Of a DNA stretch of 64,000 bases, positions 12,143 through 22,266 are shown in pieces. Location of the stretch: assembly GCA_964188305.1 (NCBI GenBank), contig OZ076886.1. The stretch is one strand, 5' to 3'. Made by a program: the position numbers and the translations under genes. Positions within the stretch are counted from its first letter, which is position 1, and every line of letters begins with the position of its first letter. Origin of the DNA: Podarcis bocagei. Lineage: Eukaryota. Under the pieces are notes generated by a model, which had not been told where the DNA came from, did no database searches, and worked only from the letters and a program-made list of their open reading frames with translations.

Positions 12143-12255
12143 CATTTCGGGCTTTGCTACAGATCCGAGCCATGAGAAAAAAGCTGGGACCCCTTTCCCC
12201 AACCAACTTCAACCCTATCATCGCCTCCCAGACATCTGACTCAGAGGAGCACTCG
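12143..12255 (+). CDS. RNF157: RNF157 exon 11 (PFRALLQIRAMRKKLGPLSPTNFNPIIASQTSDSEEHS)
   Basis: gcag acceptor, TCG|gttagt donor, 113 nt. Confidence 0.95.
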
Positions 12256-13555
12256 GTTAGTATAGGTGTGCTGGTGGTCCCAGTGTTGACACTGCCCTGC
12301 TGTCTTTGCTGAGCAGGTCTTGCGGGCTGTGAAATACGGTAGTTTGCTGAAGAGGAGTTGGGCACAGAGAAGGCGTCTTTAAAAACCTTCCCTATAGTAA
12401 CGTATGCACAGAGCCTGTTGCGGGACTGCTGTACAGCCAGTGGCTTTGGGGGTCCAAAGAAAAGGTGCCGCTGATGACATGGGCAACTAGCCTTCCTCAC
12501 AATGATTCAGGTAGCGTGGCAGGAAATTCCATGCAAAATCAAGCGAATCAGCCTTGAGCCAGAAGCCATGGGTTGAAGACAGAGGAGCTAGGAATATGGA
12601 AGCTTACTTGGCAAATGAGGCCCTTGTGCCTTACAGCAATTTACTCTGCCCCAGCAGCACCCACATAGAGTGAGTTGTTCACCTCCTGCCAGTCTGCATG
12701 TCCAGAATTTAGTGTAGATCTGGTATCTATCTAGGGGAGAGCTGGGATTCATTCTAGGTCCACATGCAGAGTAGATTTAAGGTTTCTAGACAATAGTTCT
12801 TCAGACTGCAAGTGGAAGGTAATAATATCAAATTCTCTTCCTTTTTCGCTGGTTTATTTTTTAAACAGCTTTGCATTTAGAAAACTAGATACTGGGGAGA
12901 AGAGCAAAATTCTAGTCTTCTTCCCTCAATACTTTAGTTTTGAGTGCATGTGGACTTCCACCCAATGGATAAATAATTTTAACAACGTGACTTTTTCCAC
13001 ACGGTGGGCAGTCCGAAGAGATCTGAGCCAAGAACTAATTTACCACCATATCTGCAACGTCAGGGAACTAGGCCTGAAATGTCAAGCTTGGAACAGAAAA
13101 GTGTGCCCCGTATCCTCTTGACTATGGAAGTTTGTTAGAATAGTAGCAGGTTGTGTGTTGGATGATTCCTGTGTGTTAGTCCCCCCCCCTTTCCTCACTC
13201 TCTCTCTCTCTGGCTTCTGTGCCCTGCACGGCTCCAGCACCCAAGGGTGTTCCTCTTCCCATTTTACAGTCACACAGTCGCAACTTCTTCCAGCTAAAAG
13301 ATTTCAGGCTAAGAAATCCAAGCGATCTGGTCCAGAATAAAGCATGAAAATATCAGCAACTTTATGTGAAATAAGCAAGTCTCCTATCGGTGATCTCAGC
13401 CTGTCTGTCTCTCTCTCTTGCTCCTTTTACGTATGAGTCAGATTCCTTTGGAGGGGGGTGGATCTTACTCCTCTGTGCTGAGCTCTCTTGTAAAAAGCTA
13501 TGTATGATACAGAGGGAGAGTGTTCTTCTCACACCCATCTCCCCCGTTCCTCTAG

Positions 13556-13794
13556 TCTTCAGAGAACATCCCTCCGGGCTATGAGGTGGTCTCTCTTCTG
13601 GAAGCCCTTAATGGGCCTCTCACTCCATCCCCAGCAGCTCTACCGCTCCACGTACTTGGGGATAGCCACGTGTCAGGCATGCTGCCCTCATATGGCAGTG
13701 ATGGCCACCTGCCTCCCGTCCGGACCCTGTCTCCCCTTGACCGCTTGTCGGATTGCGGCAGCCAAGGACTCAAGCTGAAGAAGAGCCTGTCCAA
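13556..13794 (+). CDS. RNF157: RNF157 exon 12 (SSENIPPGYEVVSLLEALNGPLTPSP...LKLKKSLSK)
   Basis: ctag acceptor, AA|gtaagt donor, 239 nt. Confidence 0.94.
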
Positions 13795-14017
13795 GTAAGT
13801 AGCTTGCTGATGTCTCCTGCACTGCAGTGGCTGTTCCCCAAACTGCCATGGCTAAGCTACAATTGCTGGTACCTGTCTGCTGTCTCTCGATGTAGCTGCT
13901 GCCTTCCAGGTGTATCTAGCTGCTTGTAGATGTGTCTTCTGTTGTCAGCTTGTAGCTCTTTAGAGCTCCCCCTTCCCTTTGGTTTCTAGTAGAAAGAAGT
14001 GGTTTGTTTTCCACCAG

Positions 14018-14126
14018 GTCAATATCCCAGAATTCCTCAGTACTACATGAAGAAGAGGATGAGAAGACCGGCAGTGAATCTGAAATCAGGATTTCCAGGA
14101 GGAAGTCTCCTCGTCCTCATGAAGAG
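14018..14126 (+). CDS. RNF157: RNF157 exon 13 (SISQNSSVLHEEEDEKTGSESEIRISRRKSPRPHEE)
   Basis: ccag acceptor, GAG|gtgatt donor, 109 nt. Confidence 0.92.
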
Positions 14127-14735
14127 GTGATTGTTTGTTTGAAAGGTCTTGGGTTTATATTAAAAAACCACCTCTGCTTCCTGAGAACAGGAGGGTTAAA
14201 GAGTTTCCCTGCAAGAGATCCCAGGAGTTAAACCCAATGTCTTTGTTGCTCATGCTAAGGAAGCGTGCTGGCAGAGCTCTCCTGAACCTGGTTTAGGAAA
14301 GAATTTCAGAGGCTTGGAAAAGCCCACCTCAAAGAGGAAGTGAGCTTTGCTAACTCAGGAATTCGTCTCTGGCTCAGATTGAAATCCAAAGCCAGGGAAG
14401 AATCACTGGCTTCCCTTGTTGCTAAATGCTTTGCCAGGCCAGGAGAGATTGAGCAAAGCCTTTCTTGACCAGAGATTGTTGGAGCACTGCCAAGGAACTA
14501 GATCACTTCCTGTTTTAAGGGGCTAATTTTTTTGGAACTTTGATTGCCTTGGTAAAATAATCTGAGAGCTTTCTCATTTGTTTTCAGAAGACCTCAACTC
14601 TTATGTCCATTAATCTGAAGCAGGTTTGGGGGAGTTTGCCTATCTGTAATGGCAAGGCTAAGCACACAATTTATGGCAGTAGTTCCATCACTGGAAATTA
14701 TGTTTCCCTCTTAACATCTGATGCATTTTTTTCAG

Positions 14736-14847
14736 GAATGTGGTGTGACGCCAGAAAGTGAAAACCTTACCTTATCCTCCTCAGGAGCAATAGACCAGTC
14801 TTCATGTACAGGGACACCTCTCTCTTCTACCATCTCTTCTCCAGAAG
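14736..14847 (+). CDS. RNF157: RNF157 exon 14 (ECGVTPESENLTLSSSGAIDQSSCTGTPLSSTISSPE)
   Basis: tcag acceptor, G|gtatag donor, 112 nt. Confidence 0.93.
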
Positions 14848-15192
14848 GTATAGAAGAAAAGCTGACTTGCTTTGATTCTGGGGGCACATCTTCAAAAGAC
14901 CCCTCAGCAAGCATATTAGTGGTTTTCCTCAATCTCACACTTCTTCCCCTATACCACCTTTTTGTACGCCTTGGCAGAGGACATAGGCTGAACACCAGTG
15001 CACAGGGATAGACCATAAGATGCACAGTCTTGGCTTTAAAATAAAAAAAAAAAGGTTTTGCAGATGTTCCACCTTTTGGCCTCCTTGCTTTTATGGATAT
15101 CGTGTTGATTAACTAATGGGTTGATTAACCCATGCTGCTGCTATACAGTTGGAAAGCAGGCAGATCATTGAGTAGCTTTATCGTAGGATTTG

Positions 15193-15477
15193 CTAGAAAA
15201 ATGCAACCTGTTCTGTTGATAGAAGTAATACGACTCATGCAACACGTTGGCAACTAATATACACACAGTAATTACCAAAATGATTATACATTCTTTATCA
15301 ATCTTCTGAGAAAAATACAGCCACAGAGACATTATAACAGAAATCAGACATTATAAGTTCATCTTAGGTTGGGTAGTTCACAAGTCTCTGTGGCTTTGCA
15401 TAAGGTTCTGCATTTTTCTCAGAAGATTGATAAAGAATGTATAATCATTTTGGTAATTATTGTGTGTATATTAATCA
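15193..15477. mobile_element. Unclassified fold-back insertion with 15-bp TSD
   Basis: TTATCGTAGGATTTG direct repeats at 15178-15192 and 15478-15492; 62-bp inverted arms at 15255-15316 and 15412-15473. Confidence 0.75.
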
Positions 15478-15761
15478 TTATCGTAGGATTTGAGCTAGAA
15501 GAGACAGCTCATGAAAGACACGTGATCAGGAGCCGGATGCAGTAAGGAAAACGTGTGATGTACTGACTGAGTTAAGAGCACAGCAGAGTGGACCTTTTCC
15601 TTGCACAGGACTGAGGCTCTGGTTGGATCTTGGAAGCTCTTAAAAAGCTTGTTTTTTTAATTTTTTTTTGCTAAACTTGTATCTCAGCTAGTTTATTGTG
15701 TGTCCCTTTATAACCAGCCTCCCTGGCAATGTCTTGCCTGCGCCCTCCTCTCTTTCCTTAG

Positions 15762-15946
15762 ATCCTGTTAGCAGCAGCCTGGCCCAGTCGGTCATGTCCA
15801 TGGCTTCCTCTCAAAGCCAGCACTCTGAGATCAGCACTGACACCATGTCTTCCATGTCAGGCTCCTACGTAGCTCCTGGCACTGAGGAAGAGGGGGACAT
15901 GATCCCATCGCCTGCTGTTGCCAGTGGGGTACCTTCAGAAGGAGAT
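15762..15946 (+). CDS. RNF157: RNF157 exon 15 (DPVSSSLAQSVMSMASSQSQHSEISTDTMSSMSGSY...PSEGD)
   Basis: ttag acceptor, GAT|gtaagt donor, 185 nt. Confidence 0.93.
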
Positions 15947-16311
15947 GTAAGTATGGCAAGCCTATTCAGATGACCAAGCAGCAGAAACTGCGATGCGGGC
16001 TAGTTCATTTCTGTGATGACAGCCACCCTTATTAAGGCAGGGGTGGGAAACCTGTGGCCTTCTGGATGTGGTGGAACTTCAACGCTCATCACTCCCAGCC
16101 AGGAGGGAAAGTAGCCAGAGATGATGGGGGTCGTGGTCCAACAATAACTGGAGAGTTACATGTTCCCCATCCCTACTCTAAGGGATGTGTTCACCATTGG
16201 GGCAGGCAAAGCACTTCATATAATGCAAGACCTTTTAAAATTCTCAAACCGAGAGAGATATTCAACTGTTTTAATCAGAGTAGATCCATTGAAATTAATG
16301 GACATGGTTGA

Positions 16312-16441
16312 NNNNNNNNNNNNNNNNNNNNNNNNNNNNNNNNNNNNNNNNNNNNNNNNNNNNNNNNNNNNNNNNNNNNNNNNNNNNNNNNNNNNNNNNN
16401 NNNNNNNNNNNNNNNNNNNNNNNNNNNNNNNNNNNNNNNNN
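16312..16441. other. Assembly gap (130 N)
   Basis: Run of N in RNF157 intron 15. Confidence 0.99.
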
Positions 16442-17035
16442 CCAGGGGGTTTCAGAGCAGTTCACAGAATAAAATAAAAGTTCTACTCTGGGTAAAACTT
16501 AGTTGAATACCACCTAGTTTTTTTAAAAAAGTTATTCAAGCCATTTCAGCTATTGGGTGGAACCCAGTGATTATATGGCACACTTAACATCCAAGATGGC
16601 AGCAGACACACAGCATTGTAGGTTGTGGCTAAGCAGCCATTGCCTGGGTGTGGCAGAAATGGACCAATATGGCGGCCAGGTGCAGTGCTTTTTTTCTGGG
16701 GGGGATGCAGACCCCTAAACATTTTGTGAATCTTCCTACTTTTGTCCATTTACTGTATTTATTTTCCCCGATTTGTACTATAAAATGGTGGTTTTCTTGA
16801 GTCAAAATGAGAGTACCCCTAAACATTTTTTTAGGAAAAAAAAAGCACTGGCCAGGTGTACCTTGTTGCAAAAACTCATTTGAGAAGAGGTGGGAAGCCA
16901 GCGAGACTTTTAAAAATTCAGAACATGTGTTGGGGTTGATACCACTGATGCAATTTGCCAGTGATTGTAACCTGCCTCTACAGGAAATGCACCAGTAAGT
17001 CCAAGTCCTGCCCTTTTCCCTTTCTCTTCCCTTAG

Positions 17036-17101
17036 TCAACCCCCGTTGAATCTCCAGATGAAAATTTTGTCAGTATGTCAGCAGAGGAACGAGACGCAGA
17101 G
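17036..17101 (+). CDS. RNF157: RNF157 exon 16 (STPVESPDENFVSMSAEERDAE)
   Basis: Pyrimidine tract plus ttag acceptor, GAG|gtaaag donor, 66 nt, symmetric phase 0. Confidence 0.9.
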
Positions 17102-17391
17102 GTAAAGTTCCACATTTGAAAGCCTATTTAACACAGGGGGGTTGAAGGGGAGGGATGATTGGATGTAAAAGCCAGTGGCTGAAGCTTTCTTGTGAAAACG
17201 TTTTGCTTTGGCAACCTAGGCATCAATTAGGGAGAGAAAGGCAGATGGGAGCCAATGAGTAAAGTGAAATACTCTAGGTGGAAAATGCTGTAAATTGTGT
17301 AGTTGTGTAGATGGAAAATGCTGTAAATTGTGTAGTTGATAAAGGGGAAGCTGAGAGCTGCTCAGTGATGAAGTTTGTAGCTCAGCACAAA

Positions 17392-18233
17392 GTAACATAC
17401 AACTTTTTTGGCAAAGGGTGTTTAAGGAGATAACAGAAATCACTCGGTTAAAGCTGACTGAAAGTCCAGAGGTAGCATTATTATCAATTTACAGTGGGGT
17501 GGAAGTTTCACAGGATATGAAGGACTTGCTCACAAATTTATTGACAGCTGAACAAGTTATTATAGCTAGGAAGTGGAAGGGGCAAGGTGACTATAAAATG
17601 GAGGAATGGTATAAAGAGGTGTGGGATGTAGCTATTAATGATAAATTAACATGTGCTATTATGGTGGCACTGTGGGTTAAACCACAGAGCCTAGGACTCA
17701 GAAGGTCGCGGTTCGAATCCCCGCGATGGGGTGAGCTCCCGTTGCTCGGTCCCAGCTCCTGTCAACCTAGCAGTTCAAAAGCACGTCAAAGTTCAAGTAG
17801 ATAAATAGGTACCACTCCGGCGGGAAGGTAAACGGCGTTTCCGTGTGCTGCTCTGGTTCGCCAGAAGCGGCTTAGTCATGCTGGCCACATGACCCGGAAG
17901 CTGTACGCTGGCTCCCTCGGCCAACAAAGCGAGATGAGCGCCGCAACCCCAGAGTCGGTCACGACTGGACCTAATGGTCAGGGGTCCCTTTACCTTTACT
18001 AACATGTGCTATTAAGGTAAAACGGGGAATGTGCAGGAGAAATAATTTTGAGGAGATGTGGAAGGTATTTGTAGAATTTGTAGTGTTTAAATGGAAAGGG
18101 GTCAAACCATCACAAGAGGTGTTGAAATTTTTGGAGGTTGGATAGTTACAATGGAATGGTCTCGGGCGTGGGGTGCACGTTTTAATTCTTAATTTTTTAT
18201 TACTACTACGTCAAAAAAAAAAAGTTATAAAAA
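17392..18233 (+). mobile_element. L1/Tx1-like LINE 3' fragment (ORF2 C-terminus plus A-tail), split by a Sauria SINE
   Basis: FWQRVFKEITEI...PEVALL...IIARKWK...W...DKLTCAI resumes after the SINE as KVKRG...FEEMWKVFVEF, then stop, short UTR and poly(A). Confidence 0.7.
17662..17999 (+). mobile_element. Sauria SINE (slightly 5'-truncated)
   Basis: gtggcactgtgggttaaacc head, B box GGTTCGAATCC, (ACCTTT)n tail; 15-bp TSD TAACATGTGCTATTA at 17647-17661 and 18000-18014. Confidence 0.9.
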
Positions 18234-18359
18234 AGGGAGGGGGAGGAAATACTCTGGATTGGTGCCAGGTTCTTCTGGCTAATCTGAGTCTTCATAGATT
18301 GCTGTTAGCTAAACATATTCTCTATGTTGCTATTCCCTGCTGCCCAGCCAAAGCAGCTG

Positions 18360-18506
18360 CTCAGCCAGAGGCTCCCTGTGAAACCTAGTGCGCCCATATG
18401 ACTGGGACTCCAGTTCTAGGAACAAGCACACTAAACTTCATATCCATGGCTTTCCAATCGGTCAAAGCACCACCGCACTAGGTTTCACAAGGAGCCTCTG
18501 ACTGAG
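18360..18506. repeat. 33-bp inverted repeat with 81-nt spacer
   Basis: 18360-18392 versus the reverse complement of 18474-18506: 31/33 identical. Confidence 0.85.
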
Positions 18507-18683
18507 TTCATTTGATCAAGCCAATTTCAGGTTTCCTCTGTGGAGAAAATATATAGGAGAATGCTTCTCTTGACACCCTTTTAAGGAGGGAACCAAGCTC
18601 TGATAACTGAGCTTTTGTGTCATCCTCTGTGTATTGCAAGTCCTTCACTTTTAACATTTGCACCTTGTCATCTTTTGTGGCAG

Positions 18684-18732
18684 GGGAATGACGTCATGGA
18701 GGAAGAGGCTGGCTCCCCCACACAAGAAGATG
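18684..18732 (+). CDS. RNF157: RNF157 exon 17 (GNDVMEEEAGSPTQED)
   Basis: gcag acceptor, G|gtaaca donor, 49 nt. Confidence 0.9.
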
Positions 18733-21700
18733 GTAACAGAGAACAGACCATTACTCCTTTCCCCATATTTTTTGGCTATGTTCCATCCCATCCAGCTGGC
18801 AGTGTTCACAGTGGCGGATAAGGAAAAGCAAGGCTGAGCGGGGGTGGGACTTCTGGACAAGCTCAGCCTTGTTTATCTTGTAGTAGCAGATGGATGGTCT
18901 AAAGAGTTTGGAGGTGTTGGGGGGGAGTTGTAATATAAAGCTACTTGATGGCTTTCCCTGTATATTGTGGGTTTATGTGTTTCCGAGGTCTAGTTTTTGC
19001 AAAGTAGTGTAAAACAGCTTTCAGAAGTTTCAGTAATGTCGCTTACAAGTGAAATTACAAAAATGTTGCAAGGTTAGAGACATAAATGAAAAGTCTTCAG
19101 TTTCAAAATGCCAGCGTCCCTTACTAAAGCAATAGCAATTCCAAACACTTCTCTGGAAAACGGAGCGGGGAGGGAAGGATGAAGCCGAGAGCAATCTTCA
19201 GATAGCTGGAGCATCTTTGGCAATGCCCATAGCAGTGGATGTTCTGGTGCAAAATTGCAAAACTGAGGGGGGAAATCTTCACTGTTGCAGATAATGACCT
19301 ACTAGGTTCAGTCTTTAGCTACTTAGAGGGCTATAGACACCAGAACTTTGCAGCAGCAAAGCATAGGTCAATACAAATCATCACGTTTTGGAAGCTAGGT
19401 CATGGGCCGCTGACATAGGGACCCTGATGGAAAACTGCTCCCCCAAAAGTAAGGGATCTGTGACACTCCCATAACCCCAGGTGACGACACACCTCTTTGA
19501 TACTTTTGGAAGATGCTGCGACAAGCTCTCACTGTGATGGGAAGAGAAGCCAGGTAAAATGGGCTTCCTCTCCTTATTTGGTGTGTTTGGCTGATTAAAA
19601 ATCAACCTGCTTTGTAAAACTTCATAATGAACATTCTTAAGTGTTTCCATACATAACCCCCCCCCAAGTAAAATAGCATTTAGTTGACTCGTGGACTTTC
19701 CTTGTGAACTCTGAGCATCTCATTTTTAAAAGGCAAGTTTCAGGTGCTCATGGTCAGCAGCAAGGAGACGAGCTCGAAAATGCCGCAACCGCATGCTTAA
19801 TAATTGGAAGGTTAAAGCAAAACTTAAACCCACATGCGTGTTATGATTCTGGAAGTTGACACCCACAAAGCATATGCATAGTGAACATGCAATTTCAATG
19901 GAACATGCCAATTAGCCTCAGGTTTCTGCCTCCTGGTATGCTTGCAGAATGTTTCATGATGCTGTGTTTTTGCTAACATTTGAGGGTTAACTTAAAAGCT
20001 GCAGCAGGAGCTGGGCCAAGTTTGCCCATAACTGGAGCAAATTGTAACTCCGTTAAACTCTGTGGCATGCCACTGGTTCTGGGTGATGGGGAGGGTGACA
20101 GATCGTGTGATCTTTTTCTCTTCCGTGCGCGACACTTCTCACACCCTCAGTAAGCACCAACAAGGCAGAGAACCCATTCTTAAATAGCAGTATAATGGCA
20201 GTGTTCACCAAAACCTGGTGGCTTTTCCGTGGGTCAGCAGGTGCCATTCCCTTTTCCCCCTCCAATGGCTGGGGCTTCTGCTTTAGTGCCAGCTGCGCTT
20301 CTGGGATTCCAGTGGGGTTGCATGCTTGCCTCGTACAGCAGTCGTGCAGCACAATACTTCAACACATGCCCAGCAGCCCACTCCATAAACCAGCCATGCT
20401 GGAGTACTTGGCTGTGCATCAGTTTTGCTTCTTAGCATGTCAACCAAAGCGGCTTTGAGGGATTCTGTCACCATAAAGACTTACTTTATTTTGAAGCTTG
20501 AAATAGCAGAAGGCCTTCTAAATAGCACTCTTATTTAGACGTCCAGGAATGCTCTTCTGGTGTTCTTAGGACTTGCGAGTTTTTGCACACTTGCGCGTCC
20601 AACCAGCAGGGAGTCCAGAGTAGGATGGATAGTCTGTGTGGTTGATTAAGTAAAGAACAACCCACATTATTGTGTGGAATACTTTTCTTTCAGGGCTTCA
20701 GAGAGTTGTTACAGAAAGATTTTTTTTAAACATAGTCTTCTGCTCCAGCCCCCAAAACCACTTGTCCAGAAAACAATTGAAAAGGTTTCCTCTTGCAAGG
20801 TCTTTCGCTTTTTAAAAAAACCAAATGGCAAAATTTCTATTAACTTTTCCGGAATTAATATATGGAAGTTCTGTAAATTTCTTCCTTTACCACATAGATA
20901 TTTCTGTCTCTTTTAAAAACAAAACAAAAAACAAAATAGTACCCACACAGTCTAAATTTAATCTGGAATATTGCAAGGAAAAATAATGAATAAGCCTAAG
21001 GGCTTTTGTAGGGTAGGGAGAGGGGTATAGCCAGATATTGTTAAAACAGATGTCATTGTTGGTTAGGTTGGGGCATTTTCAGAAGTAATGCATCACTCAG
21101 TGTCCTGAGAGCTTCAGGTAAAAGAAGATGCCCCCATTTAAACAGACATTTGACTCAGTTTAGCCTTCTCATTCAATTGTTAAAAATGAAAACTCACCAC
21201 AGTAATTATGTGTGAGCACCTCTTAGAATATTACTGGAGAAACCTGAAAAAGGTAGTCTAAGGCAATCACAGTTTTGGCTTTCCAACATTAAGCTGTGTC
21301 AAAGCAAACAAATCTGTGCTACAGACCTTTCTGTATCTGTTTTATACCAGTGCAAGGCATCATTCAAGGAATCCTGGGAACTGTCGTTCTTGTGAAGGGG
21401 CTAGGAATTCTCTTAGAAATCCCTAGCACTCACTCAACAGAACAGGAAACGGGAAGTCATTGAGCTCCAGGTGACATTGTGGAACTCCAACTCCCATCAG
21501 CCCCAGCCAGCATGGCCAGTGGTCTGGGACTATGAGAGATGCGAGTCCAGGAACATCGGGAGGCCATCAATTTCCCCACCCCTGTCACAAAGAACTACCA
21601 TTCCCAGAGCTACCCGAAGAGAAGGATATGTCCAATGGTGCTTATTTGCGATACAAAATTAATAGTGCTTAATTTTTGCAACCAACTGAGGTTCCTGTTG

Positions 21701-22155
21701 TGTTGCGTTTGCTGGAGAGGTAACAAGTTGGGGGAACGTTTTGGTTTTTGAAGCATTCATATAGCTTCCTCCACAAGGCTTCAGACACCAGCCAGAGACC
21801 TGCAAAAGCATGAGCTGGTGATCTTCCTTTCTGTGCCTGTTTATGTATTGCCTTTGCAGAAAAGGTTAAATATCCTCCTGTGCCTGTACCCTTTTTCACT
21901 GGCAATATTTTTTTTTCTTGGAAACCAGAATAGAAATGGAAGTGGTTGAGGAAACCTGCCAAGATGGCTTAATGCAGATGCAACCCAGTCGAATGCCTTA
22001 TTGTTCACTCTCTATGCCCCCATGGGCTGCCGTTGAGGTTTTCTTCCCCAACTCCTGATACGAACTGTTTGTGCCTTCCGATATTTTAAGGAGAAAGAAT
22101 ACGTATGTCAAAGCGCAGCCCCATCCCCTCTCTAACTACATTAACTCCCTTACAG

Positions 22156-22266
22156 GCCAAAGGACAGGCGCATACCTAGGTATGGAGTGTGACAATAACA
22201 ATGACATTGGCAACGCAAGCGTGAAAGCACTGGACAATAAGCTGTGCTCTGAGGCCTGCTTACCTG
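22156..22266 (+). CDS. RNF157: RNF157 exon 18 (GQRTGAYLGMECDNNNDIGNASVKALDNKLCSEACLP)
   Basis: acag acceptor, G|gtgagt donor, 111 nt, symmetric phase 1. Confidence 0.93.

Noticed and set aside
11919-12500. 193-aa minus-strand ORF
   Set aside because: Antisense shadow of RNF157 exon 11 plus intron; no domain or splice support
16312-16441. Missing RNF157 exon inside the gap
   Set aside because: Exons 15 and 16 join in phase and match the expected protein, so no constitutive exon is missing; true gap content is unknown
17418-17804. 128-aa ORF as a host gene
   Set aside because: Chimera of a LINE ORF2 tail and a Sauria SINE
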